This document shows, one piece after another, positions 38,355-47,970 of a stretch of DNA of 64,000 nucleotides. The DNA comes from Acidobacteriaceae bacterium (GTDB lineage Bacteria; Acidobacteriota; Terriglobia; Terriglobales; Acidobacteriaceae): positions 2,806 to 66,805 of the forward strand of contig DASXFH010000040.1 in NCBI GenBank assembly GCA_036489655.1. Direction: 5' to 3'. How positions within the stretch are numbered: position 1 is the stretch's first letter; the number at the start of each line of letters is the position of its first letter. Made by a program: the position numbers and the translations under genes. A model generated the notes under the pieces. That model saw only the letters and a list, made by a program, of their open reading frames with translations, was not told where the DNA came from and did not search any database.

Positions 38355-39643
38355 TGAATCCCGCCACATACGCGCAGATTTTCCGCAGGGCACCACCACG
38401 ATGGCAGCTCGCCGTCAGCTCAGGCATTCTCGGCTGGGTCCTCGATGCCTTTGACTTCTTCGTGGTCATCTTTCTCCTGAATACGCTGGCTGCGCACTTT
38501 CATGTGGGGAAAGCGGCCATCGTCGTGTCGCTCACCGTCACGCTCGCGGGGCGCCCGCTCGGTGCACTGCTGTTCGGAGCGCTCGCCGACCGGTTCGGCC
38601 GCCGGCGCGTGATCGTCCTTTGCGTCATTTTCTTTTCTAGTTTTACAGTCCTCAGCGGATTTGCGCCGAGCTATCGTCTCTTCCTTGTCATTCGCGGACT
38701 TTATGGCGTCGGGATGGGCGGCTATTGGGGTATTGGCGCAACTTACACGATGGAAAGCGCACCGCCGCAGTGGCGCGGTATGCTCTCCGGAATTATGCAG
38801 AGCGGCTATCCGCTCGGTTATCTGCTCGCCGCCATCGCCATGCAGCTGCTGGTGCCCGCCTTTGGCTGGCGGTCCCTGTTCCTGGTTGGAACCGGATTCG
38901 CCGCGCTGATCATCCTGCTGGCCCTGCTCGCGCCGGAGTCCGAGTCCTGGGAGGCTCGACATCGTGCCTCGCTCGGTCAGGTCTTCCACACTGTCGCGGA
39001 GAACTTCGGCATATTCGTGTACCTGCTGCTGGCCATGACCATCATGAGTTGCCTTTCCCATGGCACACAGGACTTGTATCCGGATTTCCTGCGTTCCATC
39101 GCGGGATTGTCCGCCCACAAGCTTTTGGGGATGAACATCTTCCTGGCCATCCCTGTCCTTTACAACTTATGCGCAATTGCCGGGGGCCCCATCCTAGGTC
39201 ACTTGTCCGAAAAGATCGGCCGACGCCATGCCATCATGCTCGCGCTGGTCATCTCCCTGATTTCCATTCCCGCCTGGGCCTTCGCCCATTCGATCATTCT
39301 TCTTGCGCTTGCCTCCTGCTTCATGCAGGTCGGGGTCCAGGGGGCATTCGGCGTTATTCCCGCTCATCTCACCGAACTCTCCCCGGCTACGTCACGCGGC
39401 CTGTTTCCCGGGATGGTCTATCAGTTCGGCGTACTGATGGCGGCGCCGGCGGTTTCGGTCGAATATCTCCTGCGCAATCGCCTGGGGTATCCCGTCGCGC
39501 TCGCTTCGTTTGAAGGATGTGTCATCCTCCTGCTGCTGGTGACCTTTGCGCTTGGTCCGGAGCGGCTTGGCCGCGACTTCCACGATGATCCCGACGCAGG
39601 GAAACGAGGCGGCGCTTTTCAGGAGTCGCCGCCACGAACATGA
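38354..39643 (+). CDS. MFS transporter (metabolite:H+ symporter type)
   Basis: 12-TM pattern with the MFS loop motif GALADRFGRRR. The ATG at 38354 overlaps the esterase stop (TGATG). Confidence 0.8.
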   Translation: MNPATYAQIFRRAPPRWQLAVSSGILGWVLDAFDFFVVIFLLNTLAAHFHVGKAAIVVSLTVTLAGRPLGALLFGALADRFGRRRVIVLCVIFFSSFTVLSGFAPSYRLFLVIRGLYGVGMGGYWGIGATYTMESAPPQWRGMLSGIMQSGYPLGYLLAAIAMQLLVPAFGWRSLFLVGTGFAALIILLALLAPESESWEARHRASLGQVFHTVAENFGIFVYLLLAMTIMSCLSHGTQDLYPDFLRSIAGLSAHKLLGMNIFLAIPVLYNLCAIAGGPILGHLSEKIGRRHAIMLALVISLISIPAWAFAHSIILLALASCFMQVGVQGAFGVIPAHLTELSPATSRGLFPGMVYQFGVLMAAPAVSVEYLLRNRLGYPVALASFEGCVILLLLVTFALGPERLGRDFHDDPDAGKRGGAFQESPPRT

Positions 39644-39832
39644 TGGGGCGGATGGAGATCACCGGACGCCACCGAGATCGCTTCTTACCGGCGAAAGCCC
39701 TCGGGGCAGCCCCTTTCTCCATTCGCTAATCGCATGCAGGGCCCCCCGGGCGACCCGCCGGCGCGCCAGTGATTCATCGATTGCCGTTCGACTACGGGCA
39801 TCCCCCGGCGATTCAACAATCTCCAATGGGGC

Positions 39833-40333
39833 ATGAGAAGGTCTGCGCGCTATGCCTTTCAGACAATATTGCTGGGCATTGTGCTGGAGATCTTCTGGAT
39901 CGCATGCGTCTCCAACCTTAAGCCGCACGAGATGATCGTCGGCATCCCGGCTACTTTGCTCTCGGTGGCCTTTTGCCTCTTCACCGTACACAAGCTGCCC
40001 CTGAAGTTTCGACCCACGCTTGCCGAATTAGCCGAAGTTTGGCGCCTGCCACTGTATGCCGCAGTGGATCTTACCCAGATCGTTTGGGTGCTCCTCAAGG
40101 ACCTGGCAGGCAGACCAGCCCCTTCTCTCTTTCGCTCGGTTCCGTGGCGAGAGAATGCCGCAACGGGCAGGGCGACCGCCCGACGCGTCCTGGCTACTTC
40201 CTATACAACGGTTTCTCCCAATTTCATTGTGCTTGGCATCGACTGCCAACAGGGTCAGATTCTCTTCCATCAACTCACTGAGGCGCCGGTTCCGGCGATG
40301 ACACAGCGCTTTGGAGCAGGAGAGGCTCGGTGA
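39833..40333 (+). CDS. mrpE: Mrp/Mnh-type cation:proton antiporter subunit E (MbhA-like)
   Basis: Right size, two N-terminal TM helices and an MnhE-like C-terminal region (TVSPNFIVLGID...ILFHQL). First gene of the E-F-G series. Confidence 0.65.
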   Translation: MRRSARYAFQTILLGIVLEIFWIACVSNLKPHEMIVGIPATLLSVAFCLFTVHKLPLKFRPTLAELAEVWRLPLYAAVDLTQIVWVLLKDLAGRPAPSLFRSVPWRENAATGRATARRVLATSYTTVSPNFIVLGIDCQQGQILFHQLTEAPVPAMTQRFGAGEAR

Positions 40334-40581
40334 ATCCCTGGATGGCGGCAGCAGTCGCTACAGGAACCTGTCTGATTCCCTGTGCATGGGTCTGTCTGCG
40401 TGGAACGGCGGAACGGCGGCTGGTCGGCCTGGAAATGACAGGGATCCTCGTGGTCCTGGAACTGGTGCTTCTAACGGTGGGATACAGGCGCCCTCCGTTC
40501 ATGGACCTGCCCCTGACACTGGCCATGCTGACGTTCGGAGCTGGGCTCGTCTTTGCCCGTTTTCTGGAGAAACACCTGTGA
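40330..40581 (+). CDS. mrpF: Mrp subunit F (MbhB-like)
   Basis: 83 aa with 3 TM helices and an MnhF-like RLVGLEMTGILVV string. The GTG start overlaps the mrpE stop (GTGA). Confidence 0.7.
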   Translation: MNPWMAAAVATGTCLIPCAWVCLRGTAERRLVGLEMTGILVVLELVLLTVGYRRPPFMDLPLTLAMLTFGAGLVFARFLEKHL

Positions 40582-40919
40582 GCGCACAAACGATTGCGGT
40601 GGATTCGCTGCTGACGCTGACTCCCCTTGCATGCTGGGTAGGTGTAGTGGGGCTCTTGCGTATGCGCGATGCCTGTCAGGCGCTGCATTATCTGGGACCT
40701 CCTGCGATTGTCGGCATGGGTGCGCTCACTGCGGCGGTCTTTGTGCAAATGGGCTGGTCGCAGGCCAGTTGGAAGTGCGGAATCATCTTCATGGTTCTGG
40801 TGGGCTCGAATGCCGTTGGCACGCACGCTGCCGCGCGTGCCTTTCGCCATCGCGAAAAAGGTCATTGGGAGCCCCTGGCCGAGGATTCGGACGTCGAGTT
40901 CCCGGGGGGCAGGCCATGA
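40578..40919 (+). CDS. mrpG: Mrp subunit G (MbhC-like)
   Basis: The GTG at 40578 overlaps the mrpF stop. 113 aa with 3 TM helices and MnhG-like strings (LRMRDACQALHYLGPPAIVG...VGTHAAARA). Lies in the frame of ORF 40311..40919. Confidence 0.65.
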   Translation: MSAQTIAVDSLLTLTPLACWVGVVGLLRMRDACQALHYLGPPAIVGMGALTAAVFVQMGWSQASWKCGIIFMVLVGSNAVGTHAAARAFRHREKGHWEPLAEDSDVEFPGGRP

Positions 40920-41191
40920 TGAGGCTTTGGGGCGCAGGTCTGCTGGTTTTGATCGCGGTGAGCGCATTCGCCATCGTGCGCACGGATGATGTGCGCAACC
41001 AGGTCATTGCCCTCTCCTTTTACGGTCTGCTGCTGGGCCTTATGTTTTTCATCTACCAGGCTCCGGACGTGGCGCTCTCGCAAATCACAGTAGGAGCCAT
41101 AGCTCTTCCTCTGATGGTGATGCTGGCTCTGACGCGCATGAAGCACCGGGAGGCTTTGGATAAACAGGAAAGAAAGAAACCCCATGAGTGA
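40916..41191 (+). CDS. MbhD / MrpA-C-terminal-like small membrane subunit
   Basis: 91 aa (MMRLWGAGLLVLIAVSAFAIV...YQAPDVALSQITVGA). The APDVAL-type motif is as found in MrpA C-terminal/MbhD proteins. The ATG overlaps the mrpG stop. Confidence 0.6.
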   Translation: MMRLWGAGLLVLIAVSAFAIVRTDDVRNQVIALSFYGLLLGLMFFIYQAPDVALSQITVGAIALPLMVMLALTRMKHREALDKQERKKPHE

Positions 41192-41954
41192 GAAGCGGCG
41201 CCTGCTCTTGTTCCTTGCCGGGGCTGCCGGCGTTGCTGCCGTCTATATCGCCGGCATTCTCAACATGCCACCGTGGGGCACCTATCGCGGTCCCTATGGC
41301 GACATAATCGCCGGAACGGCAGTGTTCCAAAGACACGCGACTGATGTCGTGAACGCCATTACCTACGACTATCGTGGTTTTGATACGCTCGGCGAGGAGT
41401 TCATCCTCTTCAGCGCAGTCACGGGCGTCGCTCTTCTCCTGCGGCCGGAATCGGAGGAAAAAAGGAGGAAATCCGCGGAGGGAGAAAATCCAGCGTCTTT
41501 CCGGGATCGCGCAGCCCTGAGCGAAACCGTACAGGTGTTCACGACAGCGATGTTCGGATTCTCCGTGCTTTTCGGGATCTACATCGGGACTCACGGACAA
41601 TTGACCCCCGGCGGCGGCTTCCAGGGAGGACTGATTGTGGCGGCAGCGCCTATGCTGCTTTACGTCGCGGAAAATACTGAAGCTTTCGAGCGAATCATCT
41701 CGCATCCGATCGCGGATTTTTTCGAGTCGGCGGGCGCCTCGGCCTATGCGCTCATTGGCATAGGCGGGCTGGCTCTGGGCCTGCCTTTCCTGACCAATGT
41801 TCTTCCCCTGGGAATCACAGGCGACCTCTTTTCATCGGGCACCATCGCCCTCATCAGCGCCTGCGTCGGGCTGGAAGTGGCGGCAGCATTTATGGGGCTG
41901 ACTTACGAATATCTGCGCGAGATTCTTTCACGGAGCCCGGCCAGGGAGGACTAA
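41184..41954 (+). CDS. mrpB: Mrp subunit B (MnhB domain; MbhE/F-like)
   Basis: MnhB signatures NAITYDYRGFDTLGEEFILF and PGGGFQGGLIVA. Confidence 0.75.
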   Translation: MSEKRRLLLFLAGAAGVAAVYIAGILNMPPWGTYRGPYGDIIAGTAVFQRHATDVVNAITYDYRGFDTLGEEFILFSAVTGVALLLRPESEEKRRKSAEGENPASFRDRAALSETVQVFTTAMFGFSVLFGIYIGTHGQLTPGGGFQGGLIVAAAPMLLYVAENTEAFERIISHPIADFFESAGASAYALIGIGGLALGLPFLTNVLPLGITGDLFSSGTIALISACVGLEVAAAFMGLTYEYLREILSRSPARED

Positions 41955-41956
41955 CT

Positions 41957-42304
41957 TTGCTGACCGATTTTCCCTATTACATTGCGGCATGGATTTTCCT
42001 GTGCGGACTTTACGGTATCGTCCGCAGTCGCCACCTTGTTCACACCGTCATCTGCCTCACGATTCTCCAAAGCTCCACCTATGTGCTGCTGCTGGCCATC
42101 GGATTCCGGACGAGTGCACAGGCGCCGGTATTTGCCGGGGTCTCCCCCGGGGTGGTGACGGTGGATCCTGTCGTGCAGGCCCTGATGTTGACCGACGTTG
42201 TCGTCGAAACGACCGTGGTGGCCCTGCTGTTGGCCATGGTGGTGAAAGCCTTTGAAAAAGGCGGCACTACCAGCCCCGACGATCTGCGCTTCATGCGAGG
42301 CTAA
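41957..42304 (+). CDS. mrpC: Mrp subunit C (NuoK-like; MbhG-like)
   Basis: 115 aa with 3 TM helices and NuoK/MnhC-like LCGLYGIVRSRHLVHTVICLTILQSS. TTG start. Confidence 0.8.
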   Translation: MLTDFPYYIAAWIFLCGLYGIVRSRHLVHTVICLTILQSSTYVLLLAIGFRTSAQAPVFAGVSPGVVTVDPVVQALMLTDVVVETTVVALLLAMVVKAFEKGGTTSPDDLRFMRG

Positions 42305-42309
42305 CCCCA

Positions 42310-44094
42310 ATGCCGTCTCCTGCCCTGCTCATCGTCGTTCCGCTTATCGTCGCAAGCTTTCTCGAGGGCTTCCGCAAGTTGATCCCCCGATGGTTTGCCG
42401 ACCTGATTTCAGTCGTGACGGGGCTCAGTAATTTCATCCTCGCATTGGCGTGGACGATTCATGCACTTACCAGAACACAGGTGTACTGGTTCGGCGACTG
42501 GTACCCGCGCGGCCACGTTGCAATAGGGATTGGCTTTGTCATGGATGCGGCGGGATGCGCTCTGGTCACGCTGACTGCGCTGCTGGCCACTCTCTCCCTG
42601 CTCTTTTCCTGGAAGTACTCGGAGCACGGCGGCGGACACTATCACCCCCTCATGCTGGTTTTTCTGGCCGCCATGAGCGGCTTCGCCCTGACTGGTGATC
42701 TTTTCAATCTGTTTGTCTTCTTCGAGCTGATGAGCACGGCGGCCTTTGCCCTTTGTGGACTGAAGACCAGGGAACCAGCACCACTGGCTGGTGCCTTCAA
42801 CTTCGCGGTCACGAATACGGTAGCGGCTTTCATGATGCTGACCGGCATAGGAATGCTTTACTCGACGACCGGCGCACTGAACCTGGCCCAAATGGGCCTG
42901 TTGCTGGCGGGTCGCCATGACCGTCTGGTATTGGCCGCATTTGTATTTCTCATGACAGGGTTTCTGGTGAAGGCAGCTGTCGTCCCTTTTCACTTCTGGC
43001 TGCCCGACGCGCATGCCGTCGCACCTACACCCGTCTGCGTTCTCTTCTCCGGAATGATGGTACCGCTGGGGCTGTTTGGCGCGATGCGCGTCTATGCCAC
43101 AGTCTTTCAGGGAAGTTTTGTTTCCACTCATGTGCACTGGCTCTTTGTGGGTGGCGGCGTCGCGACTGCGCTGTGGGGCGGCATGATGTGTTTTGCCGAA
43201 CACCACCTGAAGCGGCTGCTGGCTTTTTCGACCATCAGCCACACCGGCCTGATGACCCTTGCCTTCGGCCTGTGGAACAAGGACGCCCTTACAGGATTAT
43301 TCCTGTATCTCACAGCGCACGGTTTGGTGAAGGCAGCACTATTCTTCACGGCTGGAATTCTCCTGCATCGCTTCCGAACCGTCAGCGAGCCGGCGCTCTT
43401 CGGCCGCGGAAAGGCGCTGCCCTGGACCGCCGTCCTGTGGATGCTGGGTGGCGTGGGACTCGCAGCAGCACCGGGATTCGCCCTTTACACGGGTGAAGGG
43501 AGAGTTACGAGCCAGGCCCCATGGTCGCAAGCTATCTTTCTGGTCGCAGGCGCTCTGACTGGAGGGGCGGTCATGCGGGTTGGACTGCGCGTGTTCTACG
43601 GCATTGGAGATAAGGGTCCCACCGATAAATCGGCGGAAGTCGATGAGACCCCCGAAACGGAGGCGGAGAGCCACAGAATCCCATGGTTTCTCTTCTTCCC
43701 GCCCTTGCTTTGCATTGGAACAGCCATCGCCCTGGCCTTTTGCCCTGCATTTGCAAACGCAACCTATTCATCTGCGGTCCGATTTCTCGATTTCCGCAGT
43801 TACGCGCACGCCGTCTACACATCGGCAACGGAAATGACGAACATGAATGCCCCGAACGAACCGCTGGAGCCCGACCTTCTCCTGGGTCTGCTGCGCGTTG
43901 GCCTCGCCGCGGGATTGGCCTTTTGGGCAGTACAACATCTGCGTTTGCCCCGGCGATTGCGGTGGCCATCGCACCTCGAGGGTTCCATGGATCCGGTCCG
44001 ATCGCTGCAAAGCGGTCATCCGGGCGATTACGTCGCATGGCTGACGCTGGGCTTTGCGATTCTCGGCGCGGCAACGTTCTGGCTGGGAATCTAA
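42310..44094 (+). CDS. mrpD: Mrp subunit D / NuoN-NuoM-like antiporter-type subunit (MbhH-like); the only one in the cluster
   Basis: Proton-conducting transporter strings: LFNLFVFFELMSTAAFAL, FLVKAAVVPFHFWLPDAH and LKRLLAFSTISHTG. 594 aa. Confidence 0.8.
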   Translation: MPSPALLIVVPLIVASFLEGFRKLIPRWFADLISVVTGLSNFILALAWTIHALTRTQVYWFGDWYPRGHVAIGIGFVMDAAGCALVTLTALLATLSLLFSWKYSEHGGGHYHPLMLVFLAAMSGFALTGDLFNLFVFFELMSTAAFALCGLKTREPAPLAGAFNFAVTNTVAAFMMLTGIGMLYSTTGALNLAQMGLLLAGRHDRLVLAAFVFLMTGFLVKAAVVPFHFWLPDAHAVAPTPVCVLFSGMMVPLGLFGAMRVYATVFQGSFVSTHVHWLFVGGGVATALWGGMMCFAEHHLKRLLAFSTISHTGLMTLAFGLWNKDALTGLFLYLTAHGLVKAALFFTAGILLHRFRTVSEPALFGRGKALPWTAVLWMLGGVGLAAAPGFALYTGEGRVTSQAPWSQAIFLVAGALTGGAVMRVGLRVFYGIGDKGPTDKSAEVDETPETEAESHRIPWFLFFPPLLCIGTAIALAFCPAFANATYSSAVRFLDFRSYAHAVYTSATEMTNMNAPNEPLEPDLLLGLLRVGLAAGLAFWAVQHLRLPRRLRWPSHLEGSMDPVRSLQSGHPGDYVAWLTLGFAILGAATFWLGI

Positions 44095-44348
44095 AGGCAC
44101 AGCTTTGGCCACGACCAGCGCGGTCCGGCTGTTGTAACCGTCAGCGGATTACGCATCGATCCAGTACGGGGGCCTGTCAGCTTCCGATCCTGATGCGATG
44201 TTCGTATCGGTCGAAAAACTGAACACTTACCTCTCTGTCTGTTGGCAGAACCGACCCATTCGCCCATCGTCGCGCAGATACTCGAAACGAGGTCACCTGT
44301 CGCTCGGAGGACTCGCATAATCCATTTTGCGCATTTCGATCATTTTTA

Positions 44349-44378
44349 TTGACCACATGACCATAATAATGGTTCAAT
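44349..44378 (+). promoter_or_regulatory. Candidate promoter (TTGACC-18-TTCAAT) with embedded palindrome ACCATAATAATGGT
   Basis: TTGACC at 44349-44354 and TTCAAT at 44373-44378. The 14-nt near-palindrome at 44360-44373 fills the spacer. The region is AT-rich, in contrast to the surrounding GC-rich DNA. Confidence 0.3.
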
Positions 44379-44453
44379 GTTGACCGCACTCCTGTTTTAG
44401 CCAACGAAGCTCCTTTTCAGGGAGAACAGAACAGCAACAGGGGGGAGAACCCG

Positions 44454-47400
44454 ATGATAATGAACAATTTGAGGCAGTTGATGTGGGGATGCGCGGCAGG
44501 TCTGCTCCTGCTTGTTCCCGCGTGCATGGCGCAAACGGTGACCGGCGCGATCACCGGTGAGGTGACGGATCCCAGTGGAGCCGTCGTGGCGGGTGCGCAC
44601 ATCACCGCCCATAACATCGATACGGGCGTGGACTCGACAGCCACATCGGATTCGGCCGGCATCTACCGAATTTCTTATCTGCCGATCGGCAATTACCAGG
44701 TCACGATCAATGCGGCGGGCTTTGGCGAAAAGGCCATACCGGCCTTCCACCTGGAAGCGCTGCAAACGGCCAACTTCAATGTGATCCTCTCGCCGGGCAG
44801 TGTCTCGACCACGGTGAAGGTCTCAGCCGCTGGTCCAATCCTGGACACGACCGATGCCACCCTGGGCGGCACCATTACGGCCAATACCATCCGAAATTTC
44901 CCTCTCAATGGCCTGGACTTCTCCGCTCTCACACTCTATATCCCCGGCTCGGTCAGCACCGCCGGCACCTCAGGAACCAGCAGTATCGAGCGGAGCACAT
45001 ACTACACAGACACCGTGAATATCAATGGCAACCGGGCACAGGCGAATAACTTCACGCTTGACGGCGTTGACATGAACGAGACGTTCAACAATCTGATCTC
45101 CTATAGCCCCGCTCCGGAGGCTCTCCAGGAAATCAAGGTAGTGACCGCCAACTCTCCGGTCGGGTTCGGCAATGTCAACGGCGGTGGCGTTGCCTCGATC
45201 CTGAAGAGCGGCACGAATCAGTTCCATGGCTCTGCATACGGGTATGTCCAGGACTACCGTATGAACGCTGATTCGTGGTCCAACGATCACCAGAGCCCAA
45301 CCATTCCGGTTAACCCATACTCGCAGGCCCAGTTTGGCGGCGCGCTGGGTGGGCCCATCATACATAACAAGCTGTTCTTCTTCGTCGATTATCTCGGTTC
45401 GCGCTATCACAAGGGCGGCACCGGCTCGGCCAGCGTCTTCACCAAGGCTATGCGTAGCGGTGACTTTTCCGCGCTGCTCTCGAGTTCCAACCCCGTCCAG
45501 CTCTATGACTCGCAGAACAACTACAAGCCCTTCGTGGGAGACAAAGGGATTCCGGTGGTAAACCCCGTGGCCGCATTCCTTTTCTCGAATCCCAGCGTAT
45601 ATCCGCTTCCGAATGCGACGCCAGCTGACGGCATTGCTTCCAACGATTATCAGGGACCCACGCGCAACTATAAGGCAAATAACCAGGGCGACATCAAAAT
45701 TGAGTATGACCTGGGGGCTTCCGACAAGATCACCGGGTTCTACTCCATGTCCACCGCCTACGATGGGAATACGCCGGTGCTTGCGATTTCATTCCCGGGT
45801 CCCAATCTCTATCCCACCAAACTGCTCGGCGCAAACTGGGTGCACATTTTCTCGCCCACACTGGTCAACTCGCTGCACGTTGGATTTACGCGCACGGTCT
45901 GGGCGCAGAATTTCTCCACAGATCCCACCGGAGTGTTCGGCACTTCCGGCGATCAGAAGCTCGGAATTCCCTTTCCGGAGCAACTATATGCCGGATACAC
46001 CTACCAAAGCATCAGCGGCGGCATCACCGCGGGTGGTAATCCGGTTTACGGTGGCGGCCTTATCGATAACACCTACAGCTACATGGATGACGTCAGCTGG
46101 CAGCACGGAAGGCACTCGTTCACCTTCGGTACCCAGTCGTTGCGCTACCAGAACAATTATCCGACCGCCAACAACTATGGCTACATGGGCAGCCTGGATT
46201 ATTCCGGCGAGTTCACCAGCAACCCATCGCTCGCCAACGCGGGCGGCTACGGCGGTGCGGACTTCCTGCTCAATTACGTCAGCGGTGCAGCGGCGACGCT
46301 GTCCAGTGTGAACGTCGGCCAGCGGCAGTGGCGCGCTGCTTTCTACGCGGACGACAGCTACAAGGCCACGCCCAGGCTCACCCTGAACTTCGGCTTGCGG
46401 TACGAGTTTGACGAGCCATGGGCCGAGCAGAATAACAAGACGGGCAATATTGATCTTGCGACCGGCCAGGTTCTCTATGCGCATGCCATTCCCGCCGGCG
46501 CGCCCCCCGGATCGAGCCTCTGCGCTAACCGTGGCTGCTATGACAATCAGAACAATTTCATGCCGCGCTTCGGATTCGCTTATCAGGCAACGAGCCGATT
46601 TGTGATACGAGGCGGGTATGGAGCTACGAGCTTTTTTGAGGGTAACTCCTCCAATCAGCGGCTGACCTCAATTACGCCGTTTATTCAGGCGATTCAGACA
46701 CCTACCTATTCGCCTACAACCGCAGCTCCATTCAACGTCCCCAGAACTGTACAGGAAGGGTTTACCGGGGGCTCGGTGAGCTACGGCGGCACCTTTAATG
46801 TGTACCCGAAGGACATCAAGCCGGCCTATGTACAGGAATGGAACCTGACCGGGGAATATGCTCTTAGTTCCACAATGTCCCTGCAGATCGGCTATTTGGG
46901 TGAGCAGGGCCAGCACATTGAAGACTACGGCAATGTGAACCAATGGCGCGTAAACGGCGATCCCACTTCCGCGCCCTACTACAACAGCCCATATCTGGGC
47001 GTGAACGCTAACCCTGCCACCAGCATTGGGTCGAATCCACTGCTCATTACGGAATCACGCGCGGCCATGAACTACCAGGCGCTGCAAACGGTGCTGCGTG
47101 AGCGCTTGCAGCATGGTTTGGAATTCACGGTTAACTATACGTACGGCAAATCCCTCACCAACAGCCTTGGCAACTATGGGTTGCAGGTCAACGGATACAA
47201 CGGCGCATTCCAGAACTACTATGACAGCGCGGCTGACTGGGGGCCGGCCGGCTATGACGTGCGGCATGACCTCAGCTGGACGATGGTCTACGCGTTGCCT
47301 TTCGGGAGCGGCCGTCAATTTCTTTCCGGAGCCAATCACTGGCTGGATGAAGCGATCGGCGGTTGGCAGTTCTCGGCAGTGGGAGTTGGCTATACCGGCT

Positions 47401-47852
47401 TCCCGCAATCGGCCACCGGCCCGGGCAACAACTCGAACAGCTACGGCACCTCTCGGCCCAATCACTATCGCAAACTCAAGGTGGTCGATCGGACGCTGGA
47501 TAACTGGTTCGGCACAGATCCTTCGGCCACTCCCTGTACCACGCCGGGAGTCGACAACGGGATTTGCGCCTACGGTGTGCCCGCTCCGAATACCTTCGGG
47601 ACGGCGCGAAACGGAAGCGTGCGCGGTCCGGGTTTCCTGAATGCCGACCTTTCCATGGCGAAGAACTTCCTTACTTACCATGAGCAAGCGATCGGATTTC
47701 GCTTTGACGCCTTCAACGCCCTCAACATTGCAAGCTACGGAAACCCGGATACCAACGTAACCGACCCCACGTTTGGAAATATCTCCGATCAGGGAACTCC
47801 GGTGAGATCCCAGGAGCGTCATCTGCAGTTTTCTCTGCATTACGATTTCTGA
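44454..47852 (+). CDS. TonB-dependent receptor with N-terminal carboxypeptidase-regulatory-like domain
   Basis: Signal peptide, then TVTGAITGEVTDPSGAVVAGAHITAHNIDTGV...GIYRISYLPIGNYQVTINAAGF. The barrel ends in LQFSLHYDF. Confidence 0.85.
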   Translation: MIMNNLRQLMWGCAAGLLLLVPACMAQTVTGAITGEVTDPSGAVVAGAHITAHNIDTGVDSTATSDSAGIYRISYLPIGNYQVTINAAGFGEKAIPAFHLEALQTANFNVILSPGSVSTTVKVSAAGPILDTTDATLGGTITANTIRNFPLNGLDFSALTLYIPGSVSTAGTSGTSSIERSTYYTDTVNINGNRAQANNFTLDGVDMNETFNNLISYSPAPEALQEIKVVTANSPVGFGNVNGGGVASILKSGTNQFHGSAYGYVQDYRMNADSWSNDHQSPTIPVNPYSQAQFGGALGGPIIHNKLFFFVDYLGSRYHKGGTGSASVFTKAMRSGDFSALLSSSNPVQLYDSQNNYKPFVGDKGIPVVNPVAAFLFSNPSVYPLPNATPADGIASNDYQGPTRNYKANNQGDIKIEYDLGASDKITGFYSMSTAYDGNTPVLAISFPGPNLYPTKLLGANWVHIFSPTLVNSLHVGFTRTVWAQNFSTDPTGVFGTSGDQKLGIPFPEQLYAGYTYQSISGGITAGGNPVYGGGLIDNTYSYMDDVSWQHGRHSFTFGTQSLRYQNNYPTANNYGYMGSLDYSGEFTSNPSLANAGGYGGADFLLNYVSGAAATLSSVNVGQRQWRAAFYADDSYKATPRLTLNFGLRYEFDEPWAEQNNKTGNIDLATGQVLYAHAIPAGAPPGSSLCANRGCYDNQNNFMPRFGFAYQATSRFVIRGGYGATSFFEGNSSNQRLTSITPFIQAIQTPTYSPTTAAPFNVPRTVQEGFTGGSVSYGGTFNVYPKDIKPAYVQEWNLTGEYALSSTMSLQIGYLGEQGQHIEDYGNVNQWRVNGDPTSAPYYNSPYLGVNANPATSIGSNPLLITESRAAMNYQALQTVLRERLQHGLEFTVNYTYGKSLTNSLGNYGLQVNGYNGAFQNYYDSAADWGPAGYDVRHDLSWTMVYALPFGSGRQFLSGANHWLDEAIGGWQFSAVGVGYTGFPQSATGPGNNSNSYGTSRPNHYRKLKVVDRTLDNWFGTDPSATPCTTPGVDNGICAYGVPAPNTFGTARNGSVRGPGFLNADLSMAKNFLTYHEQAIGFRFDAFNALNIASYGNPDTNVTDPTFGNISDQGTPVRSQERHLQFSLHYDF

Positions 47853-47891
47853 GGGAACAGCGGCTGCCCCAGGGCAGCCGCTGTTGTTCCC
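47853..47891 (+). terminator. Strong hairpin immediately after the receptor stop codon
   Basis: GGGAACAGCGGCTGCC-ccag-GGCAGCCGCTGTT(gtt)CCC forms a 13 bp perfect stem, a 3-nt bulge and 3 more bp, followed by TTC. Confidence 0.6.
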
Positions 47892-47970
47892 TTCTGCGGA
47901 AAGGAGTTGGATGTGCGAGAGCACAAGGGGGGCGGACCGTCCGGAGATGAACGACAGGGATGCTGGCTCT

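Noticed and set aside
1-44094. A functional link between the hox hydrogenase genes and the Mbh-like Mrp module.
   Set aside because: They lie about 36 kb apart on opposite strands. The hox genes encode the soluble diaphorase-linked type, and no NuoB/C/D/H/I-like coupling subunits are present.
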